This document shows positions 49,591-59,128 of a stretch of DNA of 64,000 nt, in pieces. The position numbers and the translations under genes were made by a program. Under the pieces are notes generated by a model. The model had not been told where the DNA came from and did no database searches. It was given only the letters and a program-made list of their open reading frames with translations. Within the stretch, counting starts at the first letter, position 1. Every line of letters starts with the position of its first letter. Source of the DNA: an uncultured Candidatus Saccharibacteria bacterium. GTDB taxonomy: Bacteria > Patescibacteriota > Minisyncoccia > Phycocordibacterales > UBA918. Location of the stretch: positions 391,698 to 455,697 of the forward strand of contig CAYGLK010000001.1 of assembly GCA_964350985.1 (NCBI GenBank), given 5' to 3'.

Positions 49591-49604
49591 AATAATGAAT
49601 TAAA

Positions 49605-50159
49605 TCACTCAATAGAATAAATAAACTGATACGACTCGTCAAAGATTCGCTCTTGAGTCTTTACCGGTAAAACTTCAGTTAAAATAACCGAGTAATCCCC
49701 AAATACTTGTGGTTCACCTAGAGTTAACGTTAGCTCTCCATGAGCTACTTCTGTTGATAAAATAGTCCTTACTTCTACAGTTCCGGCCCAGATACACTCA
49801 ACATCAATTGGACACCGGCTATCTGAGACAACTTCTTGAGGTGAGATAGTGACGTTCATGATTTTTCCGCTATTACCTAGAGTAACAACAGTCTGCATTT
49901 CATCAACAGACGGCAGCGGACACTCAGAAAAATTACACTCTGGACCACTTCTAGCGACAGACGAACCATCTGGACACATCTTCGCTTCTTCAGTACATCC
50001 GATAGGTTCAGGGACGACATTATCACCCTGTTTCTCTGTATAGATAAGATCATTTATTAGAAAAAAACCCCCGACAAGAATAACGACGACAATAAAGCCT
50101 ATAGTCCTACCGATAAAAAAACTCCTAATATTCATATGGTAATTATAGCAAATAATCAC
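49605..50159 (-). CDS. Membrane-anchored secreted hypothetical protein
   Basis: N-terminal TM, Cys-containing ectodomain. Confidence 0.4.
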   Translation of the reverse strand: MIICYNYHMNIRSFFIGRTIGFIVVVILVGGFFLINDLIYTEKQGDNVVPEPIGCTEEAKMCPDGSSVARSGPECNFSECPLPSVDEMQTVVTLGNSGKIMNVTISPQEVVSDSRCPIDVECIWAGTVEVRTILSTEVAHGELTLTLGEPQVFGDYSVILTEVLPVKTQERIFDESYQFIYSIE

Positions 50160-50294
50160 TTACTAGTTATTCAAATCATTATGTAGATTATTTATAATGA
50201 TGAACCAAATATTGACAATTTATATATTTATTATATATTGTCATCAGCTCATTGCCGAGCATCAATCACAAACTATGGGGAGGCGACAATGCTC

Positions 50295-50570
50295 GAATTC
50301 ACAAACCTTCTCGTCTCTTGTCACACCTACTGCGGTGATGACGGTCTTGAGAGGTCAAATCTCCGTTTCTTTCACTCCGAAGAAGAGTACCGGAGCAAAT
50401 CACTTAGACTAGGCTGGGACAAGGACGGCTGGTGTACACCACCAGTTAGTCTACCTGCTTTAGTTGAAGAAAAGGCTTTAGCAGAGTTCAAAGGGGGTCA
50501 GGACCTCCCTTTGTACAACGTGTTCTTTCCAGACGATCTAGAGACGACGTTTCTGCGTCTTGTCGGCTAG
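50295..50570 (+). CDS. Small GC-rich hypothetical protein (opposite strand at distal end of cassette array)
   Basis: GGGGAGG 6 nt upstream of ATG; ~50% GC; followed by GC hairpin terminator at 50584-50611. Confidence 0.4.
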   Translation, partial: EFTNLLVSCHTYCGDDGLERSNLRFFHSEEEYRSKSLRLGWDKDGWCTPPVSLPALVEEKALAEFKGGQDLPLYNVFFPDDLETTFLRLVG

Positions 50571-50583
50571 AAAAAACTGTGTC

Positions 50584-50611
50584 AGGCGCTTCCGTTCACT
50601 CGGAGGCGCCT
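50584..50611. terminator. GC-rich hairpin terminator
   Basis: aggcgcttccgttcactcggaggcgcct followed by ATAATTTTA. Confidence 0.5.
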
Positions 50612-50656
50612 ATAATTTTATAAACATACGTCCATTTTCCTACTCCAACATTGTAA

Positions 50657-50683
50657 GCTGGCTGTATGGGACAATGTTAGAAC
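50657..50683 (-). repeat. Cassette-boundary element copy 1 (gctggctgtatgggacaatgttagaac), overlaps stop of 50683-51009
   Basis: Member of the ~30-bp family with consensus (gene-sense strand) AAAAAGTTCTAACRTCGTCCCATACAGCCAGC. Confidence 0.6.
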
Positions 50684-51009
50684 TATTCTCCATCAGGAAC
50701 CTCATTCAGAACAGCATAATCTACATGAGACACCTTAAGTATATCCTTGACCTCAGTAAATGATATTTCGCCGTATACACTACTCTTTCCCCATACATAG
50801 ATGTTTCTAGATTTACTAACCACCCTTATTCGACCTCCCCCCAACACATTCTCTACTACAATACCAGATTCCTCCATTTCTGTAGTTATATCTTTATGCC
50901 ACTCTACATTTGGATTACCCCACAAAATTAATTGTTCCAGACCGGAAACTTTTGCGACGATATATTTTTGAGTTACTTCTGGAAAAAGTTTTACTGCCTC
51001 AATATTCAT
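50683..51009 (-). CDS. Hypothetical protein (cassette)
   Basis: Intact 108-aa ORF; no domain recognised. Confidence 0.45.
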   Translation of the reverse strand: MNIEAVKLFPEVTQKYIVAKVSGLEQLILWGNPNVEWHKDITTEMEESGIVVENVLGGGRIRVVSKSRNIYVWGKSSVYGEISFTEVKDILKVSHVDYAVLNEVPDGE

Positions 51010-51042
51010 AAATTAATTATACTAAAGCAAGGAATAAGGCTT

Positions 51043-51837
51043 CTAGATCAATAAATTATTTATCTTTTTGAGCAATTCGGGGTTGCTGCACAAATAATCA
51101 CCCTCATACACACTGACATCGCTTCCTGCCAAATTATTCATCATGGCACCTGCCTCAGAAGCAATAATACTACCTCCCGCCACATCCCAAGGCTTTTGCT
51201 TTAGCCTAATCAAACCGTCAATCCTTCCACAGGCTAGATAACAAAATTCTGCTGCCATAGAACCTCTGCCAAAAACTGGGTCGATGTCTTCTTTGTTAGT
51301 GAATCCAAAATTCTTTAGATTTCCAATATTTTTTGAAAGTTTTTCGGTAACTCCTTCACTTTCTTTTTCTCTTCCAGGGTAAACTGAATAAGTAACAATA
51401 GCTTTATCTAAATCCGTTTGATCACCTACTTTTATTAGTTGGTCATTCATGAACGCCCCTCCACCCAAGGTGGCGTGAAATAATTCATCCCTTTTTGGCA
51501 AGAAAACCAATCCCATTATCAAAAGACCATTCTTCTCTAACCCTATAGAGATAGAAAAAGTGTCTCTACCAGCAACATAATTATTGGTTCCATCAATTGG
51601 GTCAATTATCCATTTATATTCTGAAGTACCAATTTCTTCACCGGATTCTTCACACAAAAAACCATCCTCAGGAAATTCTTTTTTCAGTATTTTGAGGATC
51701 AATGATTCTGAATCTTTATCCTGCTCTATTGCCAAAATACTTAAACTATCACTATCACGCGCACTATTTATATTCTTCATTAAAAACTCTCCTGCCTCTA
51801 AAGCAGCTTGTTTGGCAACGGATAAATATTTTTCCAT
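51043..51837 (-). CDS. Inositol monophosphatase family protein (SuhB/CysQ-like)
   Basis: WIIDPIDGTNNY and downstream GG..MN/D motifs of the IMPase fold. Confidence 0.8.
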   Translation of the reverse strand: MEKYLSVAKQAALEAGEFLMKNINSARDSDSLSILAIEQDKDSESLILKILKKEFPEDGFLCEESGEEIGTSEYKWIIDPIDGTNNYVAGRDTFSISIGLEKNGLLIMGLVFLPKRDELFHATLGGGAFMNDQLIKVGDQTDLDKAIVTYSVYPGREKESEGVTEKLSKNIGNLKNFGFTNKEDIDPVFGRGSMAAEFCYLACGRIDGLIRLKQKPWDVAGGSIIASEAGAMMNNLAGSDVSVYEGDYLCSNPELLKKINNLLI

Positions 51838-51927
51838 GTCTAATTACACTATCAGACTGGAAGTAATTTGCAATTTAAATTAAATTACTCAAATGTTTGA
51901 GGAGTGTTAAAATTGTTAACAACTCAA

Positions 51928-52209
51928 CTACATAGTAATAGTTGGATAGAAATGTTCTGGATTCCGGTTTTGTTCTTCAACCTCCAACAAAGAAAAGCGT
52001 TTCTTCCCTTCACTATTCATTCCTGTAAATCTTTCGATTGAAGTTGAATAAAGTTGTCCATGATCATATAAGGCTCGATAGATAACACGGAATTCATCCC
52101 CGTCATTGTCAGCAAATTTTGCTATATCAACTACTAAGTACTGATTGCCCCGATAGTGTTCGTAAACACGATTTCGCATTACTAAAGTTTCCAGTTTTTT
52201 GTATTCCAT
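51928..52209 (-). CDS. DUF1653-like small protein
   Basis: YEHYRGNQYLVVDIAKFADNDGDEFRVIYRALY pattern; leaderless TATAAT 7 nt before ATG. Confidence 0.55.
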   Translation of the reverse strand: MEYKKLETLVMRNRVYEHYRGNQYLVVDIAKFADNDGDEFRVIYRALYDHGQLYSTSIERFTGMNSEGKKRFSLLEVEEQNRNPEHFYPTITM

Positions 52210-52302
52210 ACTTAAAATTATACCAGCCTATACAGTCTGGAGTAGTGTTGTAACTTTTCTAAGTATACCAAAAAATCAGACTTCGTAAGAAAGTAAATAA
52301 AG

Positions 52303-53022
52303 CTAAATTGCTTTCACGGCCGAGACAATGACATCCATTATGTGACGAAAATGGAATTCGATATCTTCAAATCCAGATTTCTTTAAAGAGTCCCTCTGCT
52401 CTCTTTCAGTAAGTTTGAATTCGTCATCTTCGAGGTAATGATCCCTCCAATGACTTTCGAGTTCAGGGTATCCTTTCTCAGTAAATATCTTAAACGCGTC
52501 AAGCATATCTTGGAGATCTTTTTGATGTAAACTTGAATTATCTCGAGCAATCTTGTCTCCATTTATATAAACCCCTCCAGACAGCATAATATTGCCAATC
52601 CGATCGAAAAGACTTTTCCTATATCCCACAGGAAGATTGTGAATCGTAAAAGCCGAGACAAAGATATTAATGTTATAAATCTCATTCAAAGCATCCAATA
52701 AATCTTTTTCAATGAAAACAACCCTGTCTTCGTATTCCTTAAGATATTCCTTGGCCTGATTCATTAAAGCGGGTTCATTATCAATAGCCAAAACCCTGAC
52801 TCTCTTGTCACTGTCTAAAAGAATCTTTGTAGTTAAACCAGTTCCGCTTCCTCCTTCGTATACATCAATTTGAGTAGAATCATCTGCTTCATACTTGGAC
52901 TGAATATATTTTGCTAAGACATTACCTACCTCTTTCTGAAAAGAGTCATAGTGTGGAACAGCCATATTGAAGAGGTTGTATTCCTGACCTATTGAACCTG
53001 AGAATCTTTGATCGCTTTTCAT
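52303..53022 (-). CDS. Class I SAM-dependent methyltransferase
   Basis: VYEGGSGTGLTTKILL motif I. Confidence 0.6.
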   Translation of the reverse strand: MKSDQRFSGSIGQEYNLFNMAVPHYDSFQKEVGNVLAKYIQSKYEADDSTQIDVYEGGSGTGLTTKILLDSDKRVRVLAIDNEPALMNQAKEYLKEYEDRVVFIEKDLLDALNEIYNINIFVSAFTIHNLPVGYRKSLFDRIGNIMLSGGVYINGDKIARDNSSLHQKDLQDMLDAFKIFTEKGYPELESHWRDHYLEDDEFKLTEREQRDSLKKSGFEDIEFHFRHIMDVIVSAVKAI

Positions 53023-53191
53023 AAATAATATTTGAAGAATGTTAAAAATTATACGATTTATTTTAGATTTGTTTATTCAAGAGCATCTTAACACAATCAG
53101 CTTGTTAGTGAAAAAGTAAATATTAAAATACAAAAACAGCCCGCGAAACGAGTCCGTAGACTGTTCCTGCGAGCTATTGCTCAAATCCATC

Positions 53192-53884
53192 TCACCAACT
53201 CTTCGAGATTCGCATCCCGAATGTTGCATGTTGCCCAGTTTCGCCGGCATACCAGTCGACCAACGAGCCAACCGACACACGGTTGGGTAACTGATAGTCG
53301 ACAGCAACCCTGCCCCAAGCGCCGGTGTACCCATCATGAGTTTGATGACTGACGCCGATGCCAACGGTCGAAGACCAAGGGCTATCGAAATCACGTATCC
53401 AATCCGCACCCGTCCGGATTGACCAGGTCTCGATAAGACCTGTTATGCGGCCACCACCAGCCCAGATCCTGAGTGAATCATTCTCGCTCAGAGTGATAGT
53501 CCTTCCGATTTCGGCCTGTAGCCGAATGATGTCGGAATCGAGGTCAAAATCAGTCGCTGACGGAGTCGGCAGGTCGAAGTAGGCGAAGGAGATCTTCAGA
53601 TCGACTTCTCCGACCTTGGTTCCACAGCCGAGGGAGTAGTCGATTTCATTCCCTTCGTTGCCGAAGTCGATTGCCGACGATGCCCAGAAGTCTGCGAAAC
53701 AGTCTTCTCCGCTGAAAGTTATTCCACTTTGCACGACTGGGTTCTGATCTTGTACAAACCCAAACTCAACGAAAGAATAGTCCGACTTGATGGCGCTGTA
53801 AGCCGTCACTGTCTGACTCTGAGCCTTACCAGCCAAAAAAGAGGCGGTAAGGATGAAAATTACGAAGAACGAGAATCTGTTCAC
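53192..53884 (-). CDS. Outer-membrane beta-barrel-like secreted protein (GC-rich, GTG start)
   Basis: Signal peptide; alternating amphipathic beta-strand pattern; C-terminal aromatic (..SKSW); local GC ~55%; GCAGGAG RBS before GTG. Confidence 0.5.
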   Translation of the reverse strand: MNRFSFFVIFILTASFLAGKAQSQTVTAYSAIKSDYSFVEFGFVQDQNPVVQSGITFSGEDCFADFWASSAIDFGNEGNEIDYSLGCGTKVGEVDLKISFAYFDLPTPSATDFDLDSDIIRLQAEIGRTITLSENDSLRIWAGGGRITGLIETWSIRTGADWIRDFDSPWSSTVGIGVSHQTHDGYTGAWGRVAVDYQLPNRVSVGSLVDWYAGETGQHATFGMRISKSW

Positions 53885-54166
53885 GGTCTACTCCTGCGAT
53901 TAAGGTAAGAACTACTGATCAAACAACGTTTACTATAGAATAATAACCCGTTTTATTCAAATGTCAAGCTTCACTTTCATCTCTTACTGCAGCCTACAAA
54001 AAAACATGCTACATTAGCAATGCTGTGCTGAGGTATGTGTAGCATAGGTGGGAGGCTTTGAAGCAGTTTCGCCAGATTCTGTGGAGCCGACAGTGAAATA
54101 CCAGCCCGCCCTGGACAGCCGGAGCGTCTCTCGAGACGCTCCGTTTTATATTATAAATTGAACTTT

Positions 54167-54194
54167 CTGCATGGGACGATGTTAGAACTTTTTT
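54167..54194 (-). repeat. Cassette-boundary element copy 2 (ctgcatgggacgatgttagaactttttt)
   Basis: Same family as other copies. Confidence 0.6.
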
Positions 54195-54252
54195 ATAAAT
54201 AAAAAGGCTCCCGATCGCTCGGGAACCTCTTGGCACTCCACAGTGCCTGCTA

Positions 54253-54414
54253 TCCTTCGGACTCGTCCTCAACGAGCAAACCAGTTTCCTTATCCACGGA
54301 AAGGATTCTGCCTTCGTCATCAAGGACTGAGTGTGCACGGACACCGAGGCCGGTTTCGAAGGATCCGTCTTCAGCAAGCCCTGGAGGCTTTTGACCAATG
54401 GCATATTCGCTCAT
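54253..54414 (-). CDS. Small GC-rich hypothetical ORF (53 aa) followed by hairpin
   Basis: MSEYAIGQKPPGLAEDGSFETGLGVRAHSVLDDEGRILSVDKETGLLVEDESEG; the overlapping listed ORF 54009-54404 runs through the boundary repeat and is rejected. Confidence 0.3.
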
Positions 54415-54505
54415 TTGAGTTCTTCTTCAGTTTGCGGACGGGATTCATCCAAAAGTATTTTAACACACCTTTACAAAACCGAAAATATCAGTGCTGTAAC
54501 AGATT

Positions 54506-55018
54506 TTAGTTATTTTTAATATATTCTTCTACTGCCAGGACATCCTGCATTTGATACTGATGGTCTGCATCAGCTAGTTCTTTTTTGTAGGCCACTAAGT
54601 CGCGTGGATCCATTAATGAAACTTCTATACCGTTTATCACTACCAACTTATTGGGAAATTTACGAAAGTGATCTTTTGTTTGAAACCATTCTGTTTGTTC
54701 CTTATTGCTCATCCGCAAGGTGTCGATGTCAGTCATATCAATTTCTTGACCAAAGTAATTAAGTGAAAGTGTATTACAATCCCACTTTGCGTTTGAATAG
54801 TGTTTTGGACCAGCGGTTATATATTCCTTAGTTTCTGAGACAATAATTGGAAAGTGTTCACCGGAGATAGAAAAATCTAAATCATTTACAGGCCGACCAG
54901 ATCCATAGATATGAGCAGCAAATCCGCCGCCGATGCGGTACGGAATATTATTTCTATTTAAAATTTCCACAATCCACTTCAGGGCATTTAATGTTTTATC
55001 TTCTAGTTCTATTTTCAT
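54506..55018 (-). CDS. Pol-beta-fold nucleotidyltransferase, lincosamide/aminoglycoside nucleotidyltransferase (Lnu/ANT)-like
   Basis: IGGGFAAHIYGSGRPVNDLDFSI matches the G-x-G...D-x-D NTase motif in a ~170-aa protein like LinB/Lnu enzymes. Confidence 0.55.
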   Translation of the reverse strand: MKIELEDKTLNALKWIVEILNRNNIPYRIGGGFAAHIYGSGRPVNDLDFSISGEHFPIIVSETKEYITAGPKHYSNAKWDCNTLSLNYFGQEIDMTDIDTLRMSNKEQTEWFQTKDHFRKFPNKLVVINGIEVSLMDPRDLVAYKKELADADHQYQMQDVLAVEEYIKNN

Positions 55019-55035
55019 GTTTTGATTATATATTT

Positions 55036-55560
55036 CTAATTCGCAACCACATATTTAGCTGCATCTAGAAGTGTCGGAGAAACATAAGTTACTTTCTCAA
55101 CAATAACTGGAACTGTCGCAGTCTGTAAAAGAATTGTTTTTACTCCGGCGCTGATTCCCGACTTAATGTCTGACTCCCGATCTCCAACCATATATAAATT
55201 TTCTGGCTGTAGATTAAATTCTTTTATTGCTTCCAAAATCATTTTTGGACTTGGTTTTCGACAATCACACATGTCTCCTGGCCCATGTGGACACATGTAA
55301 GTTTTTAAAACCTTAACATCACTTGCCTTGAGTAATTCAAGGACCTTAGTATGAATTCTTTCAAAATCAGAAACAGTAATTCTGCCTTCTGCGATACCTG
55401 CTTGATTAGTTATTAAAATAACTGAAAAATCATGTTGCGCTAGATATGAAAGAGATTCAATGGTATCTGGAAATAATTCTATTTTGTTTTCCGTATCAAC
55501 CCTTTCATCAGCAGGTTCCCTGATAACGGTACCATCACGATCTAAAAAAATTACTTTCAT
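55036..55560 (-). CDS. HAD-IIIA phosphatase, D,D-heptose-1,7-bisphosphate phosphatase (GmhB)-like
   Basis: FLDRDGTV motif I, ITNQ motif II, Zn-site CPHGPGDMCDCRKP, GDRESD motif IV. Confidence 0.75.
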   Translation of the reverse strand: MKVIFLDRDGTVIREPADERVDTENKIELFPDTIESLSYLAQHDFSVILITNQAGIAEGRITVSDFERIHTKVLELLKASDVKVLKTYMCPHGPGDMCDCRKPSPKMILEAIKEFNLQPENLYMVGDRESDIKSGISAGVKTILLQTATVPVIVEKVTYVSPTLLDAAKYVVAN

Positions 55561-55591
55561 GTTCTTATTACATTAACTAATATCATAATCT

Positions 55592-56515
55592 TTATAATAA
55601 ACGAGTCACTCTTACCTTATTCTTTTCATATTTCTCTTTTTGGTTTGTAAATGAAGAAAATGCCAAACTACCCAGGCCGATACATAACTTATAACAAAGC
55701 ATACGCTCAGTATAATCCTTTATTTGTTTTCCATTTTTACTTGAATGCTCTAAATAGGCCGCCTGAAAATCAAATTCACTTGCGGACCAAAAATCCAGCC
55801 AAGCCAAATCAAATAAAAAATCTCCGTACATTGAATTTTCCCAATCAATTACCCCAGTAATTTTTTCACCATCCGACAAAGTGTTATTAAAACCATAATC
55901 TCCATGGATCAAGTAACGGTCTTCTGGGCAATATGAAACTAGTTCAGAGAATTTAGTATATGCAGTGTCCCAAAAATCTTTTTCAAGAAATGATGTCTCA
56001 AAAAGACCTGGTTTTTCTGCTGTACTAATAGTCCTCTTATTTACTGCCAATAACTCTTCCTTCCAACTCTTACTTTCACCACACTGTTCTAGATTCCATT
56101 CTCCATAACCAATTGTATGACTGATATCAATAACATGCACGGCATCGAGGACACTAAAAAGCTCAGGTAACAAACTTGTCATTTCATTGGTTGAAAATTC
56201 AGTCAAAATTTTACCTTTACTCTTTTCCGAAATACAAAATCGCAGCTCGTTATTTATTTTTCCAATGCTATATATTTTAGGTACAGGTAGGATATCTGAA
56301 CCAAAATTCTTAGCCGCATACTCATCTTTTCTAAAACCTAGAGTGTGATGCTTGTTAAGTCGAATAACATATTCGACTTTATTTACAGAAAAACTATATG
56401 CTTGCGACCCCTCACCACCTGAGATTACTTTAAAGTCTGTTACTTTATCCGAAAATGTTTTCTGCAGATATGCAACCACGTCAACTTGATCAACAATTGT
56501 TTTATAGTCGGACAT
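55592..56515 (-). CDS. Aminoglycoside phosphotransferase (APH) / protein-kinase-like family phosphotransferase
   Basis: IHGDYGFNN catalytic loop and VIDWENSMYGDFLFD Mg-binding segment (PF01636-like). Confidence 0.75.
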   Translation of the reverse strand: MSDYKTIVDQVDVVAYLQKTFSDKVTDFKVISGGEGSQAYSFSVNKVEYVIRLNKHHTLGFRKDEYAAKNFGSDILPVPKIYSIGKINNELRFCISEKSKGKILTEFSTNEMTSLLPELFSVLDAVHVIDISHTIGYGEWNLEQCGESKSWKEELLAVNKRTISTAEKPGLFETSFLEKDFWDTAYTKFSELVSYCPEDRYLIHGDYGFNNTLSDGEKITGVIDWENSMYGDFLFDLAWLDFWSASEFDFQAAYLEHSSKNGKQIKDYTERMLCYKLCIGLGSLAFSSFTNQKEKYEKNKVRVTRLL

Positions 56516-56584
56516 AAATTTATTTAAAAAATGACATAGATAATTATAAAAATTCCTTTCCCAGGGATAACAGTAGGTGAGTAA

Positions 56585-57112
56585 CTATGGTTTTTCTGTC
56601 ACGCTAAGGACTTTGGTTAATGTCTCCTCTAAAGTTCCATTCGCATCTATAACTACGGCCCCTAGTTGAGTTAAACTATCTTCAAATGATTTTTTAATTT
56701 CAATAATCCAATCTTGCATCTCTGGGTCTCTAGCAAAATCATGAGTCTCTCTTGTAGAGAGCCTGTGTCGAACATTATCAGGCGAGGCCTGAAGTAGAAT
56801 GACCTTATCGAACAATGGCACAATATCAGTAATGTTTGTTGCTGTTCCACAATAGAAACTAATTCTATCTGTCTCCTCTTCCATAAGTTGAGACAGCTTT
56901 TCTCTACTACAAGCAAAAACTAGATGCTTGATTTGATTAAGATCATTAGTATTCCATTCAGTAATAACTTCTCCTGTTCGCGAATCAGTAGTTTCAAACA
57001 TCCCAGGGATAATTTCAATATCATGTACAGTATAGCCACCCGCCCTTAAGCTTTTTCCAATAGTTGATTTTCCTGTCCCAGACATACCAGTAATTAGAAT
57101 AGTTTTCTTCAT
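56585..57112 (-). CDS. P-loop NTPase (AAA_33/shikimate-kinase-like small kinase)
   Basis: Walker A ITGMSGTGKSTIG at N-terminus; ~175 aa. Confidence 0.6.
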   Translation of the reverse strand: MKKTILITGMSGTGKSTIGKSLRAGGYTVHDIEIIPGMFETTDSRTGEVITEWNTNDLNQIKHLVFACSREKLSQLMEEETDRISFYCGTATNITDIVPLFDKVILLQASPDNVRHRLSTRETHDFARDPEMQDWIIEIKKSFEDSLTQLGAVVIDANGTLEETLTKVLSVTEKP

Positions 57113-57163
57113 ATGTTTAATAGTATCATTTTGTTTTAATATGACAGTTAATTATTTAAGTGA

Positions 57164-57197
57164 CATCTGCCTTTCTGAGACTAAGTTAAGATTTTTA
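57164..57197 (-). repeat. Cassette-boundary element copy (diverged: catctgcctttctgagactaagttaagattttta)
   Basis: ~70% match to family consensus. Confidence 0.45.
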
Positions 57198-57199
57198 TA

Positions 57200-57772
57200 C
57201 TATGACCTCAACTGAAACTTTCGATAAATATCCCAATATCCATCGTCACCTTCCAAAGCTAAACAAACATTATCAATACTTATACTCCTATCAAAAGTTG
57301 CATCGACCAAATGCTCTTTAATTTTTTCAAAGCCCTCCAGAGATAGATCTTTATAAGCAACTGTTATATGTGGATTATAAGGCCAAGGCTGATCATACCA
57401 ACTTGCATGTTCTTTTTTAAGATTATCTTCAAAAAAACTCGCTATCGTACCTAGACTTCCATAATCAAAAGGTTTTATATATACAACATACGGTGAAAAT
57501 CCTAATTTTGCTCCTGGCCAATTATCCATGTATGAATAATCATTAGTTTTAATTTCAGTAACAGGAACTGTATCTAAAAAATTCTGAATTTTTTCACAAA
57601 AAATATCCAGTTGTTCACCTGAAACCTTTAAACCCGAGCCCACAGTAATGTGGGGCGACCAAGCTTTAAGTGAACCTTTTGAGCCAGACAATAAAGATAA
57701 TTCATTTTGAATATCACGAATTTCTTTTGTCATTTCTTTATCAAAATATGAGACAATAGAAAATCTTTTCAT
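57200..57772 (-). CDS. 2H phosphoesterase superfamily protein (LigT / 2'-5' RNA ligase-like)
   Basis: Two H-x-T-x motifs (HITVG and HITVA) at typical spacing. Confidence 0.65.
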   Translation of the reverse strand: MKRFSIVSYFDKEMTKEIRDIQNELSLLSGSKGSLKAWSPHITVGSGLKVSGEQLDIFCEKIQNFLDTVPVTEIKTNDYSYMDNWPGAKLGFSPYVVYIKPFDYGSLGTIASFFEDNLKKEHASWYDQPWPYNPHITVAYKDLSLEGFEKIKEHLVDATFDRSISIDNVCLALEGDDGYWDIYRKFQLRS

Positions 57773-57831
57773 AAGTTAATTATATCAAACATAATCTCAA
57801 ACTTTTCAAGTTGATAAATATAGCTATATTA

Positions 57832-57861
57832 CTGTACTGGAGTGACGTTGGAACGTTTTTA
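57832..57861 (-). repeat. Cassette-boundary element copy (ctgtactggagtgacgttggaacgttttta)
   Basis: Same family. Confidence 0.55.
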
Positions 57862-57871
57862 GGTTAACAAA

Positions 57872-58308
57872 TTATCTAGTAGGGCGATAAATAACACCAT
57901 CTTTCATATTATTTAAAGTTCCTTCAGAGGGTTCAAAAATGTTTTCCGGGAGAGCATCTAGAGAGAACCATTCCCAACGATCGCATTTATGCGGCTCCAT
58001 ATTCTTCGGCTCACCCCCATTATAATGAGCTACCACAGAAACATTCAAGTAATGCTTATCGTCAGACTCTATGTAACGCATTTCATCAAAAACCGAGACT
58101 AGTTCAAAATCAGAAACATCTAAGTCAGTCTCTTCTTTTACTTCACGCTTCGCTGTCTCAAACACTGTTTCGCCAAATTCTAAGTGCCCCCTGGAAATGA
58201 CCACTCCCCTGTACCATGCGAAGAATTACGTAGACCTAAAAGCACTTCATTTTCGGAATTTAGAATAACGACACCAATCCCAACTCTAACATTTGGTTTT
58301 TCTTTCAT
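57872..58308 (-). pseudogene. Nudix hydrolase with -1 frameshift in a G5 tract (~58193-58197)
   Basis: Minus-strand ATG at 58308 encodes MKEKPNVRVGIGVVILNSENEVLLGLRNSSHGTGEWSFPGG then hits TAG; adding one G restores FPGGHLEFGETVFETAKREVKEETDL (Nudix box) continuing into ORF 57872-58204. Confidence 0.6.
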
Positions 58309-58387
58309 AACAACAGTATATCAAATTTGACCGTCCTCTATTGGAGTCTCGAACTTTAGTACGTTGCTAAATATAGCTTAAACTCGT

Positions 58388-58420
58388 TGCTGACTGTCTG
58401 GGACGACGTTAGAATTTTTT
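58388..58420 (-). repeat. Cassette-boundary element copy 3 (tgctgactgtctgggacgacgttagaatttttt)
   Basis: Same family; upstream flank gttgctaaatatagcttaaact also matches the array head at 62760-62780. Confidence 0.6.
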
Positions 58421-58426
58421 ACAACC

Positions 58427-59128
58427 TTAATCAACTTCTGGAACCCAAACCCCTTCTTTATACTTTTGAACAGGATGACCTCCACAAGGAATATCTCCCA
58501 TGAAGAAAACTACATCAATTACAGTCTCACCCGCATTATCATCCCTAGTGTAGTCGTACTTAACAATTTCACCATCTTCACCTTTAGTAGTGATATCCAA
58601 TCTCTTGAGACCATCTTCATCTTCCTCTCGTCGAACAATTTCATACTCGCCCCCACCAACAATTTCTTCAAGTACATTTAATACTTCTCTTTCATTGAGA
58701 ACTTTTTCTGCACTTTTTTCATTTGATTGTGTTTCCTCATTAGCCTGCATTAGTAGAGACACTTCTAATAGTAACTTCTCAGATTCTAACTGACTTCTTT
58801 CCACAGCAGCTTTGACTTCACTTGGTCGCGGATCTAAATCAATATCTAAATCAGCATACTGAGTAATATCTACCCAATTAAGACCTCTCCTTTTAACTTC
58901 TGCCCTAATTTCTTCAAAAGAAGCTGTTTCAGGCAACTCCAATAAATTAGCCATTTTCACAAAATGCCTTCTCTCATACTCTTCATCAATTTCTTCAAAA
59001 GAAGCCGTGTCTGGAAGGGCATATTTACGAGCTTTTAGTAGTCTCATTTCTTCACTCCATTCTATTTCATCTCTATGGTAAGGTAGTTCATTTCTCTTAA
59101 CACCTTCATTTGTCATTTTTTCAGTCAT
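58427..59128 (-). CDS. Hypothetical acidic protein (cassette)
   Basis: Intact 233-aa ORF; internal duplicated LPxTASFEEI segments; leaderless TATACT 6 nt before ATG. Confidence 0.45.
   Translation of the reverse strand: MTEKMTNEGVKRNELPYHRDEIEWSEEMRLLKARKYALPDTASFEEIDEEYERRHFVKMANLLELPETASFEEIRAEVKRRGLNWVDITQYADLDIDLDPRPSEVKAAVERSQLESEKLLLEVSLLMQANEETQSNEKSAEKVLNEREVLNVLEEIVGGGEYEIVRREEDEDGLKRLDITTKGEDGEIVKYDYTRDDNAGETVIDVVFFMGDIPCGGHPVQKYKEGVWVPEVD

Noticed and set aside
54009-54404. 131-aa minus-strand ORF
   Set aside because: Runs straight through a cassette-boundary repeat and a hairpin. Replaced by the shorter in-frame GC-rich ORF 54253-54414, itself low confidence.
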